Assembly (NCBI GenBank): GCA_043228905.1
Contig: JBHGNT010000006.1
Coordinates: 23,002,001-23,066,000 of the forward strand
DNA: 64,000 bases
Source: Azolla caroliniana
Taxonomy: Eukaryota; Plantae; Polypodiophyta
Reading direction: 5' to 3'
Shown piece by piece: positions 1 to 11,200 of this stretch. Below the pieces are notes generated by a model that searched no databases, was not told the DNA's origin, and worked only from the letters and a program-made list of their open reading frames with translations. Position 1 is the first letter of the stretch; each line of letters starts with the position of its first letter. The position numbers were made by a program, and so were the translations under genes.

Positions 1-811
1 ATTTGGAGCTTGTGGGGCGGTCATCCGACTTCTTCACCATCGCGATCTTTAGATTCTCCATCTCCTTCAGCAGCTGCTCCACCGTAGACGCGTCGACTCC
101 CTTCTCGGCCGTAATCTCCCGAGCCCTCGGTTGATGGTCTTCCAGTCCCGTTCTCGGTTTCGGAATCGGTTCCGAAACCCTCTTTTCTTCGTTGGCAAGC
201 CATTGCCCCCTCTTCGTGTACCGCGCGACGATATCCCGCACGCTTTCCCATGTTTCGGTGAGGCCGCTTTCGGTGGTCGTGTCCTCAAGAAGCACTCCGA
301 GATCTTTCCGGTCCCGGACGTCCACAGCTCGCAAAAACATGAGGACTTTGTCCGGTGCAAGAATAGTTTGATCTCTCGCGGACAACCTCCCGAACCGACT
401 TTCGAATGTCGAAAACACTTCGAGGACCTTCAGCCCCTTACCTGACGTTTCCACCCAATCCTCGAATCCCCTCCGCGTTGCCTTGGAGGAGTCCTCGATG
501 GCAAACGTGGTTTTTAACGCCTCTTCGAATGCTTCCCACGTCGGATTTTGTTGTTGCAACCCGTGGATACTCCCTTGAAGCCCGTCGGTCGCCACCCGGT
601 TAAAGGATGTCACTTGCAGTCCTTCCGAAGCCCGGCACCGGAGCATCTCCGCCTTGTAGTCCTGCAAATATCGCGACACATCCTTACCATTAAATTGCCC
701 GTTGCGTTGCACGAGCCGCTCTACTGATGCCGAAATCTCCGACATCGTGCGTTGTTCTTGAAGCATCCGTTCGAACATCGCCATCATATTGTTAGCTTGT
801 TGAGCCTCCAT
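1..811 (-). CDS. gag: gag of a tRNA-Trp-primed Ty3/gypsy retrotransposon (open frame runs off the left edge)
   Basis: Manual translation from ATG 811 reads MEAQQANNMMAMFER...GQFNGKDVSRYLQDYKAEM...FEDWVE... with no stop before position 1. It is homologous to the gag frames at 53888, 54713 and 58316 and lies just after a PBS. Confidence 0.8.
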   Translation of the reverse strand, partial: MEAQQANNMMAMFERMLQEQRTMSEISASVERLVQRNGQFNGKDVSRYLQDYKAEMLRCRASEGLQVTSFNRVATDGLQGSIHGLQQQNPTWEAFEEALKTTFAIEDSSKATRRGFEDWVETSGKGLKVLEVFSTFESRFGRLSARDQTILAPDKVLMFLRAVDVRDRKDLGVLLEDTTTESGLTETWESVRDIVARYTKRGQWLANEEKRVSEPIPKPRTGLEDHQPRAREITAEKGVDASTVEQLLKEMENLKIAMVKKSDDRPTSSK

Positions 812-827
812 CTCCTTGCCACCCGTC

Positions 828-845
828 TTCACGTCGGGTTCACCA
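828..845 (-). promoter_or_regulatory. Primer-binding site complementary to the tRNA-Trp 3' end
   Basis: TGGTGAACCCGACGTGAA lies 2 nt after the LTR end. Near-identical PBSs occur at 53875, 54671 and 58282. Confidence 0.8.
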
Positions 846-847
846 AC

Positions 848-1632
848 TGTGTCGTGCCTTTCGGCTCCGGATCGTTGCGTGAGTCGGGTGGGAACCACAG
901 AGGTCTTGGACTAGGAGAAAGAAGTTCGTGAGATAGAGATTAATTATGAGTAAATAGCGAAGAGAAAGATAAGAAACTCGTGAATCACACGAGTATACTA
1001 TATTAATTGGTACTTAGGGTGTTAAGAGAGAAGTAGATGTATAAATCGTGAATCCCACGAATAATTTTTGTATTGATTAATTCTTAATCCAAATAATCAA
1101 CAACCCTTTATATATTTCTCTCCTCCTTATATAAGGAAGGAAGAGCTAAGCATGGCTTCATGCTTTTTTTTTTTACAAAAAGTGTTCATGTCCACTAAAT
1201 GTGCATGTGATGCTTTTTTATTTCCTAAGTATAGGGCTCATGCACGCTAGATGTGCATGAGTTATTTTTAGTGTCTCGTGTTTTTTTTATATATTAAAAA
1301 AATACACGATTTACCTTTTAATAAAGGTATGCATAAATAAAGGTCTTATACGTATTAAATCTATATTTAAAACACTTAAGATAAGTTAATGTAATGGTAA
1401 GGTTGGGGTTTGTCAACGTGGAGGTGCAGAGTTCAAATCACGCCCTGCGCAGTAATGAGTATTTCTTTTTTTTTTTTACATTTATGTCTCTTTATCCGGC
1501 TCTTCCTTGCCGGTATGCCGTTTTCCTCCTTGCCGGTATGCCGTTTTCTTCCGGTTCTCACCGAGCACTCCATTCTCTATCCGGAGGGACAAAAATATAA
1601 TTTCCACATAGTGTGCAACCTACACTACGACA
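848..1632 (-). mobile_element. 5' LTR of the Trp-primed gypsy element, inserted into a copia RNase H
   Basis: Minus strand reads TGTCGT...CGACACA. Copia RNase H sequence (ACGGCAAGAGGAATACCG, compare 46273) resumes exactly at 1633. Confidence 0.75.
1387..1441 (+). promoter_or_regulatory. tRNA-like Pol III A-box/B-box pair inside LTR U3
   Basis: TAATGTAATGG at 1387 and GAGTTCAAATC, with a T8-to-G53 distance of 44 nt. Cloverleaf is degenerate. Confidence 0.4.
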
Positions 1633-2349
1633 ACGGCAAGAGGAATACCGACTCTATTGCGACAGTCAAAGTGCCATCCACCTTGCTAAAAATGCGGCCT
1701 ACCATTCCCGGACGAAGCATATCCAGCGGAGGTATCACTGGATCCGGGAAAGAGTAGATGACCAGGAGTTCGCACTGACGAAGATCCACACGGCCGAGAA
1801 CGGGTCAGATATGCTGACCAAAGTGCTGACACCCGACAAGCTGGATGCATGCCGGAAGAGAATCGGACTGGTAAGACACCCCATGCCGGAGTGAAGGGGG
1901 AGTTTGTTGGGAGATAGGTCCCTCCGGATGGGAAGGGAGAAGAACAATGCCGACGAAACGGTATGAGGAGTACCCGGTTACGGAGAGCCGGATGATACAA
2001 ACCCGGTGTGAACCGGATGAGGAGTACCCGGCTTTGGTGAGCCGGATGATACAAGCCCGGTGTGAACCGGATGAGTAGTACCCGGCTACGGAGAGCCGGA
2101 TGGTGTAGGCCCGGTGTGAACCGGATGAGGCGTACCCGGCTACGGAGAGCCGGATGGAGCTGAACCGGTATGAACCGGAGGAAGAGACATATTCGTAAAT
2201 ATGTTTCTGAGAGCCCATTGTGACTACATTTGTAAATAGCCGAAAAGTCATATTAGTATAAATATGACTTAGGGCAAACTTTTAGAAAAAGTTAGTTGCT
2301 GTTAATCTTTTTCTTTGTTGGTGCAAGAAGAAGAGAGAGCGCATAACTC

Positions 2350-2389
<40 letters not shown>

Positions 2390-2661
2390 GGTCGTTGCCT
2401 CTGTTGTAACCGCCGCCTGTGGCGAAGAGCATGAGTCCGAGGTCGTTGCCTCCGTGAACTCACTGTTTTGTACATTCATACATAGTGACAGTTTGCAGCC
2501 TGTGGGCTGCCGTGGTTTTTTCCCCTAGTTTGGGGTTTTCCACGTAAACCTCCTGTGTACCATTTCTCTTCTTTGTGTCGCGTTTCATTACCTTTTTTTT
2601 CTGTGAAAAGAATCTCGGTTGTGGCCGAGTCTTGCGCATAAGGAACGTCCAGTTCCCGTCA
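1633..2661 (+). mobile_element. 3' end of a Ty1/copia element: RNase H tail, PPT and 3' LTR (1905-2661); same family as 41706-47282
   Basis: YCDSQSAIHLAKNAAYHSRTKHI motif; PPT GAAGGGGGAG; LTR TGTTGGGAG...CCCGTCA with CCGG-rich U3 tandem repeats and an (AG)n tract. Confidence 0.9.
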
Positions 2662-2972
2662 ATTATGTTGAACCAAATTGGTTCAACGCCAGTCTTAAGC
2701 CTCTTAGCCATTTTGTACTTATCCTTCACATAATATATTGGCTATTATCATCATCTCTCTCTCTCTCATCCTCACTATCTCTCTTTTCTCTTCTCTCTTT
2801 CTCTCTCTCTCAAGAGTCTTACGCAGTCCCCTCCTCTTAGTTCTAATAGTACTTCTCTTCTTTAGTACTAATTCCATCTCTGCTTTAGTACTATTCCTGA
2901 TAGTTTGAACCAATTTTGGTCCTCAAGCCTACTTGTCGTTCTCCCTCATCCTCCTACCCTTTTCCCTATACT

Positions 2973-5765
2973 ATGGCTACTGTTAGCGCCCAAGAACATC
3001 AATCCATTTTCTCCGATCTCCAGTGCCTAAAAGAAAAACTTTGTCGCCTTGGAACAAGAAAACCAACGACTGATAAGGGATCTGCAACAAATTGCTCTAG
3101 AAAAACAACAAACGCAGCAACATCATGGGGAGTTAGCATTACGGGTACAACAACTCGAAGCAGCATTGCAACAACAAGGATCGAGTCCCCAAGGATTTCA
3201 TAAAGAGCCGAAGATTGGACTTACGGTGAAATTTGATGGAACGCGATTGCAATTCCGGGGATTCCTAAATCAAGTACGATTAGTCATCCAAATGCATCCT
3301 TCCCGATACCCCACTGATGCATCCCGAGTCGGCCTAATAGGCACGTTGCTTAGCAGCTCAATCTTAGCATGGTTCGCTCCGATTCTAGAAAAACAATCTG
3401 CATTGGTTAATAACTTTGAAGATTTTATTAGTGAGTTTAAAGCCTGCTTTGAAGACACCGACAGCATCAGGACGGCGATCAACAAGATCCGACGATTGCG
3501 TCAAGCCGATCGTCCAGCCTCTGCCTACACGGCGGATTTCCGTCTACTCGCTTTAGATATCCCCTGGGATGATCAAGCACTAATGGAGCAGTTTCGCTAC
3601 GGCTTGCAAAACGATGTCAAAGATCTACTTCTAACATTTCCCGAAGAACCAAAGTCTCTTACGGAGGCAATCAATCGAGCGGTCCGATGTGACAGTTGAG
3701 CATCAAATTTCGCCCTCGGTAGCATCCTTTCTCAACAAGGAGATAAAGAAGAGTTACATCTTGTGGCTTTCCATTCGCGCAAATTCGATGCCGCGGAAAT
3801 CAACTACGAAATACATGACAAGGAGTTATTAGCCATCGTGGATTCCTTTGTGCAATGGCGGCATTTCTTAGAGGGCTCTCCACATCAGGTCATCGTCTTT
3901 AGTGATCACAAAAACCTTGCTTATTTCCAGAACGCTCGGGTGCTAAATCGACAGCAAGCTCGGTGGGCTCAATTCCTCACGCGTTTCGACTTCAAAATCA
4001 CATATCGACCGGGGAAGCAACAAGGAAAAGCAGATGCGCTATCACGACGTTCATATCTTGCACCTCATTCTGGTGATCCAGCGTTTGATAATCAAAAGCA
4101 AGTAATATTGGGACCAACACGATTGCAAACAACGCGGATTTTTCACACCCCAATGGATTCCCGGATTACCGATGCCATACGTGCGAACTTGAAGACAGAC
4201 AATTTTGTTGAAGACATTCAAGCGCACATTGATACCTCTCGGGCATCCTGTTCCCAGTCTCAACAACCAGGTATGGACTACCGACAATTCAAATATCATG
4301 ATGGTTTGTTATTCTTTAAAAAGCTTCTATATGTCCCCGATTGCTCCTGTCGTCTTCAAATCGTCCAAAGTTGTCATGACACCCATATGGCGGGACATTT
4401 CCGTAGCACTAAGACGTTGGATCTAGTTCAACGATCCTTTTGGTGGCCCCATATGCGACGTTTTGTCGACGACTACGTTCGGACCTGTGATGCTTGCTGT
4501 CGAGCAAAGATGCCACGACACCATCCATATGGCTTGTTGGAACCCTTAGCAATTCCAAGTAAGCCGTGGCAATCTATTTGTCTTGATTTTATCACAGATC
4601 TACCGGTCTCGAAGGGGTTCGATGCTATCTTAACCGTCGTCAATCGATATACGAAGATGGCACATTTTGTGTCGTGTACTAAGGCCATCACTAGCGAGGA
4701 AACCGCCGCCCTTGTCATGCGTGAGGTATTTCGGCATCATGGCCTCCCAGACAGTATCATCAATGACTGAGGACTGCAATTTGTCTCCAAATTTTGGTAG
4801 CATCTCTTCAAGATGCTCAAGGTCTCTTGCAACCTCTCCTCTAGCTACCATCCTCAGACCGATGGGCAAGCGGAACAAACAAACCAAACGCTGGAGGAAT
4901 ATCTCCGGTGTTTCCTGAGTTATCAACAAGACGATTGGGCTGAGATTCTCCACTTTGCGGAGTTTGCGTATAATAATGTTGACATTCACTCCTCGACTCG
5001 AGTCTCCCCATTCTACACTTATACCGGTTCTCATCCTCGCTAGTCGATGATTGACACCCCGGAGCTACCTACCAATCCTCGAGCCGAGGATCATTTGGAA
5101 AGACTACGCAAGATCCAGATGGATCTCTCTACTCATCTTCATCATGCTCAACAGACACAGAAGACTTACGCGGATCGTCATCGGCTTCCCTTCTCTTTTG
5201 CCATCGGACATCGAGTATGGCTTTTACGTCGTCACATCGAGACTACTCGACCGTGCGACAAGTTGGATTATCGCCGACTCGGTCCTTTTTCGTATTACCG
5301 GTAAGCTTAATGATGTCACGTTCCGCCTTGATCTTCCTCCGCAGTCATCGGCTTCCCTTCTCTTTTGCCATCGGACATCGAGTATGGCTTTTACGTCGTC
5401 ACATCAAGACTACTCGACCGTGCGACAAGTTGGATTATCGCCGACTCGGTCCTTTTCGTATTACCGGTAAGCTTAATGATGTCACGTTCCGCCTTGATCT
5501 TCCTCCGCATCTTCGGATACATCCGGTCTTCCATAGTTCTCTTCTTGAACCTTATAAAGAAAACACTCTTCCCAATCGTGTTACACCACCGCCGCCAGCC
5601 CGGAGTATGAAGTTGCTGCCATCCTCGACTCCAAATTTATTATTTGGTCGATTTGCTCGGCTATAGTCTGAGTGAACGTACTTGGGAACCCGTCGAGCAT
5701 GTCGCCAATGCTCAAGATCTTCTTGCTGAGTTCCATCGAAAGTATTCGGACAAACCCGGTCCGCA
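2973..5765 (+). pseudogene. gag-pol remnant: gag fused directly to RNase H, integrase and chromodomain (protease and RT deleted near 3700)
   Basis: gag KFDGTR...FRYGL; RNase H ASNFALG, NYEIHDKELLAI, SDHKNL; integrase GHF, CxxC, LDFITDLP, HPQTDGQ; chromodomain YEVAAILDS...GY...TWEP. Has stops and frameshifts. Confidence 0.85.
5177..5509 (+). repeat. Direct tandem duplication (167/166 bp) in the integrase C-terminal region
   Basis: GTCATCGGCTTCCC...CCTCCGCA occurs at 5177-5343 and 5344-5509, nearly identical. Confidence 0.9.
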
Positions 5766-5823
5766 ATCAGCGTCGACTCGTTCCACTTGTCGCTTTAAGG
5801 GGGAGATAGTGTCATGATATGGC

Positions 5824-5879
5824 AAGAATCGAACCCATGCCCTTATGTTATATGGGTCGAGCTCTAGACCATTATACCA
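5824..5879 (-). promoter_or_regulatory. tRNA-like A-box/B-box pair at the start of the chromovirus LTR U3
   Basis: TGGTATAATGG (5879-5869) and GGTTCGATTC, with a T8-to-G53 distance of 45 nt. Confidence 0.55.
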
Positions 5880-7852
5880 TCTATTTTTCATTTAAGTTTT
5901 ATTATAGGAAATTAATGTATATTCTAGATTTCTCTGGAACATTCTAGAAGCTTCAGGATTACTCCTGAGAACACTATAAAAGAAGGCACTAGGCATTATG
6001 TTGAACCAAATTGGTTCAAAGCCAGTCTTAAGCCTCTTAGCCATTTTGTACTTATCCTTCACATAATATATTGGCTGTTATCATCATCTCTCTCTCTCTC
6101 ATCCTCACTTTCTCTCTTTTCTCTTCTCTCTTTCTCTCTCTCTCGGGAGTCTTACGCAGTCCCCTCCTCTTAGTTCTAATAGTACTTCTCTTCTTTAGTA
6201 CTAATTCCATCTCTGCTTTAGCACTATTCCTGACAGTATATGTCTCATTTCTCCTTGATCTTTCTCATTTGTAGGGCATTATTCATACTAAGTTTAAAGT
6301 GCCCTATGACTAGAGCATTGATTGAATCTCTCAAGAACTTTTTGAATGTGTTTTCCTAAGATAGTCAAAAGTTTCTTATTTTCTCTATCCTTGGTTATCT
6401 TCGTACTAAGGATTTGCTTAGATGGTTTGAAGTTCTTAATAGGAAAAGACTTACTAAGCTCTCTCTCATGCTGTTATTTAATGAATGTCTTCTTTCAAAT
6501 CACCATGACGGAAGGTGGTCCTCACATCTAGTTGTTTAATTTCTCGATGTAAATGTTTGAATATTGAAAGAGTTGGCAAGTTTGTCTAGATTTTTGAGTT
6601 GAAACACTTGTTTCGACCATTTTAGAGTGTTTTCGGTGATGGTGATGGATTGAATGGAATTTTGAGCTAGAATTTTGCCTCTTACGAAAATCATAGTTCT
6701 TTATACCATTTTGGAGTTTCTCCACCAGATAAAAATAGTAGTTTCTCCTTTAATATGGACATATTCTTATCTTACAAAAGGACCTATCTAGATGTCCATA
6801 TTAACTTCATTGCTATAACTTTCTTAGTAATCCCTTCAAAGATCCGAACAAGGTTCTAAGCCTCGACCTTATTAGTTTAAGTTGTTAACTCTTGTCAATC
6901 TATCTTTTATTTTTACTTTAAGCTCATTATATGTCCTCTTAGTTACATTTTCAACCAAACCCTTAACCTTTTGTACACTTGGATTCCAACTCTTTTCTCC
7001 CATCATACATACCCTGCCACAACAATGGGACTTGGTACATGATCCCAAAATCTTTAGTGTTGGGCCTTGTACAACCAAGCCTGTCATGCAATGCTCATGA
7101 GTTCTAGGTTGCATATTCTAAGCACCAAGTTCATTTATAATCTAAAGGGATTCCCATTCATTAAACCCTAAAATCGTTATGAACAACGAGCAAGTCCAAT
7201 ATGGTAATTGCTTTATAATAATAAAAAGAATTAAATGTGTGCCTCTAGATTTTGATGTTGTGGTGCCTTTCCAATTGTGTGACGCTCAAAACTTTAATGA
7301 GGAACAAAATACAAGAAGATTCTCTTAAACACTCAAAACAAAAGTGAGGAATGAGGACACAATAAGGCTCGCCTCGAGGATAATGGAAATAGAGGTAGAA
7401 AAACGAACATCGAAAGACCTACACATCAATACTATTGCTACTAGTTTTGCAAGCAACTCTACACTAGAACCAAAACTTTACATTCACCTCCAATGCATGA
7501 TGCCAAGTGTAGGATTCACTTCTAGGATGCACTTTCATCACATTTTCTTCACCCAAACCCAATCACTCATTTCCTGATTTTAACCCTTGACAGGCACAAC
7601 CTACTACATAAGAACATTAAAAAAACTTCCTAAAAACACTTGTACATATAGCACAATTGTGCAAATTCAAATCCTTGTGTGTATAGCTTAGCATTTGCTC
7701 TCTTTTTACATTCCAATGCATTCAACCATCAAATACAAGCTCGCCCATTTCACGCATACAACGTGCACCTACAAGCGCATCCACACAAGTCAAGAGGGGA
7801 AAGCTCCTCAGAACAACTATTACATTTTGGCACTTACACAAAATCCCACAAT

Positions 7853-8175
7853 CATTGTTGTGAAATACTTAGCAAAAAATACGTGTAGAATACGTATTCT
7901 AAGTATTCTAACTTTTTCTTAAATACTTAGAATACATATTTTATAGATAAAATAAGTTAAATACTTAGAATACGTGTAGAATACTTGTAAAATACTTCTT
8001 AAAATTTAAAGTTTTTATTTTCAAATAAATTTGATTTTTTTTTGAAATAATAAATACTTGTTAAATACGTAGAATACGTCAATTTTTTTTAAAACGGTAG
8101 TTCTAAAATGTAGAATACTTTAGAGTATTCTAAAACATACTCTAAACATAGAATACACGTTTTTTAAGAAATATG
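7853..8175. mobile_element. AT-rich MITE, hAT-like
   Basis: 8-bp TSD CCCACAAT (7845-7852 and 8176-8183); CAT...ATG imperfect termini; repeated TAGAATAC motifs; absent from the paralogous site near 47350. Confidence 0.72.
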
Positions 8176-8233
8176 CCCACAATCCTTCATCAATAGTTCT
8201 ATCCTCCCTAGTTTAGGTAATTAGTGATCATAT

Positions 8234-11200
8234 TGTGGTGTCCCTTTCATGCAAGAGCATGCATTTGAACACACCACTCTTTTAGCCACTCCCGTTTAGC
8301 ACATCACCCATTTTAGCCCACCCTTTTAGCACACCATTTTGGGACACGTGTAGCTAGGCCGTACCAAAATGGGTCCTTTGTATCTTCTATATATTGAATG
8401 ATAAGTATGAAGCAAGCTAGGCTGGTTTGGTTTCCTTTTATGTGCATTTCACATAATTGGTGGAGAAGCGGGGTCAAAATTTAGCCACTACTACCTTGTT
8501 CATGGCATCCCAATTCCCTTCCGCTGCCTCCAACGTCGATACCCCGATGGAGCCTGAGTTCTCGCAACCTCACGCACGACCTTCCCCTTTCCAAATGGAG
8601 CAGCTCCTGGAACTCGTCTCCAACTCCATGCTTCAAATCAGCCATACGAATCAAGCTATGCTCTCCTTCCTCTCCGCTCACAACGACCACGCGCAAGATC
8701 GTCCAGATTCCAAGGTGCGCCCAAAGTCTTTCTCCGGATTGCCTTCCGAGGATGTCTTAGCTTGGTTGGATCATTTTGAGATGATCTCTAGTTACCATCG
8801 ATGGCCCGACGAGCGCAAAGCTTTGGAAGTTCGTACCCAGCTCGAAAACGTCGCCGCCACCTGGTAAATCCAACAATCAAGCGACGTGACCGAGAATTCG
8901 GTGATCCTTCGGGATTTCCTCGTACAAAACTTCGCCCATCAAAATTCAGCCCAAACGGCGTTACAACAACTCGAAACATTGTAGCAACAAGCACACGAAC
9001 CTGTGGGCCAAGTTGGTGTTCGCCTCAATCAACTCCTCATTTGCGCTGACCCTACCATGCCTGAGCATGTGAAGCTTTTCTTCTTATGGCCTCGTCTGCG
9101 CCACGACATCACTCGCCGCGCTCAGGACCAAGGTCCACAGACATTCAACGACGCCATCCTCATTGCCCAACGAATCGAAGCTTGTACATTATCGGACACC
9201 CAACCTCGTTGGCCCCATCCATCAGCCACCGACTCACGTGCCCAATACCAAGGCGCGGCCCCCATGGACATTGATGTCCAAAGCATGCAATTGCAAGCTC
9301 GCCGCAACCGTCCCGATCGCGATAGCCAAGGGCGCCCGAGGTGTTTCTACTGCCACAATTATGGACACATCCGACATCAGTGCCGAAAATTGCAACAACA
9401 ATCTCACAAGCAACAAGTCCAGGTAACTATGGCTGACGCGGCATCGTTGGTTGAGCTTCCGGGAAACTGACGTCGAGGGTGCTGATGGAAGAGCCAACCC
9501 TCCACATCCAAGCGTCCGCCTCTTCTAGTTCGAGGGTATGCACCGCCCTCGCCACCATTAATCACTGCACCCACACCATCTTATTAGACACTAGTAGTAG
9601 TATATCTTCTATTAGCACCGCTTTAGTACACCGGTTAGGTCTCCCCACATCCACTGCTCCTTCCATCCAAGTCCTTTTTGGCGATCACCAACATCTTTAT
9701 CACTCTCACACACAAGCCCATTGGACCTTCACCTTAGGCACTATCACCTTCTCACATCACTTTTATGTCTTGCCCCACCAACTCTTCCCCCTCACCGTAG
9801 GCTATGATTGGTTCCTCAAGCGTCGCGCTGTGATTGATTTTGATGCGCACAAACTTCTTGTCCCACATGCTTCCCCTATCCCTCTTCTACAAGATAGCTC
9901 CCCTAGCCCCCACCTTAGCCAAGTTCAAGTAGCACTTAGTCCACAAGAGCGATTGGTCTCCATCCGCCAATTATTAGCTCGTTTTCCATCACTAACCCTC
10001 CAACCCACACATGCTCCTACTGTCTCTTTCCCAGTACAACATGCCATTCGTACTGGGGAGGCCACTCCGATCTGCATGGATACCCGCCGACGTTCCCCTC
10101 TCAACCACGATCGCATTGATGCGGCCGTCACCGACATGCTCACCAAAGGTATTATCGTTCCTTCCACCAGCAATTGGGTTTCGGAACCCCACCTCGTCAA
10201 AAAGGATGATGGCACCTTCCGCTTTTGCATCGACTTCAGGCCTCTTAACAAAGTGACTATCCATGACCTCTACCCGCTCCCTCGCGTGGACGACCTCTTG
10301 GGTCAAATCGGTGGCTCCCGTTATTTCACCTCCCTGGACTTAGCCTCGGGATATTGGCAAATCCCCCTAAAACCTTCTAATGCCCACAAGACCTCATTCC
10401 GCACACGCCGCGGGCTATTCCAATTCACTCACATGTCATTCGGCCTGTCTGATGCTGGCAGCACATTCTAGCGCATGGCCAACTCCATTTTTTCCGCCCT
10501 TATCAACAAAGGTGTCCTCCTCGTTTATCTCAATGACATCCTTATCCACATGGCCACTTGGGAGGACCATCTACAAGCTCTCGCCGAAGTCCTCGCTTGC
10601 ATAACTAAGCATAACTTGCAGCTCCAATGGAAGAAGTGTCGATGGGGAAGCACCAGCCTCCGTTTTCTCGGCTTCATCATCTCTGGTGACGGAATCCGTA
10701 TGGACCCTGCAAAGGTAGCAGCCATCAACGACTACCCTCGCCCCACTTCAGTCAAATCCTTGCAACATTTTTTGGGCATGATCACCTTTTCCCTTCGCTT
10801 CATCCCAAACCTTGCCTTGGTCACTTTTCCCCTTCGCCAACTCTCGAAGAAAGGCGTGTCATTCAGTTGGGATCTTGCTTGTGAAGATAGATTTCGTCGC
10901 CTTAAAACCATGGTCAAGGAATCGGGGTTGCTCGCCCATCCTAACTTTGACCGACCGTTCACATTGCAGACAGACGCATCAAACCAGGGGTTAGGAGCCG
11001 TCCTCTTGCAAGCCGATTGCCATGGGCAAGAGAAGGAGTTCGCCTTCATTAGTCGGACTCTCACGCCGGCTGAACGCAACTACTCAACCACTGAGAAGGA
11101 GCTACTTGCGATTGTCTGGTCTTTCCAGCGTTTTCATCCATACCTTCATGGTGGACAGGTTACGGTTGAGACCGACCACCAACCCTTGCTTTCTCTTATC

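Larger units (their letters stand above)
2662..6235 (+). mobile_element. Ty3/gypsy chromovirus (Tcn1-like), internally deleted; partial 5' LTR 2662-2902, 3' LTR 5810-6235
   Basis: The two LTR copies match. PPT AAGGGGGAGATAG. Contains gag, RNase H, integrase and chromodomain remnants. The 5' LTR is interrupted by the copia at ...GGC|ATTAT. Confidence 0.88.

Noticed and set aside
828-845. Exact match to a tRNA-Trp 3' end (similar tRNA matches at 8458, 33209 and 42443)
   Set aside because: These are only 12-18 nt long and adjacent to LTR ends, so they are primer-binding sites, not tRNA genes.
5815-5890. Functional tRNA gene
   Set aside because: Acceptor, anticodon and T stems pair poorly; only the promoter boxes are recognisable.
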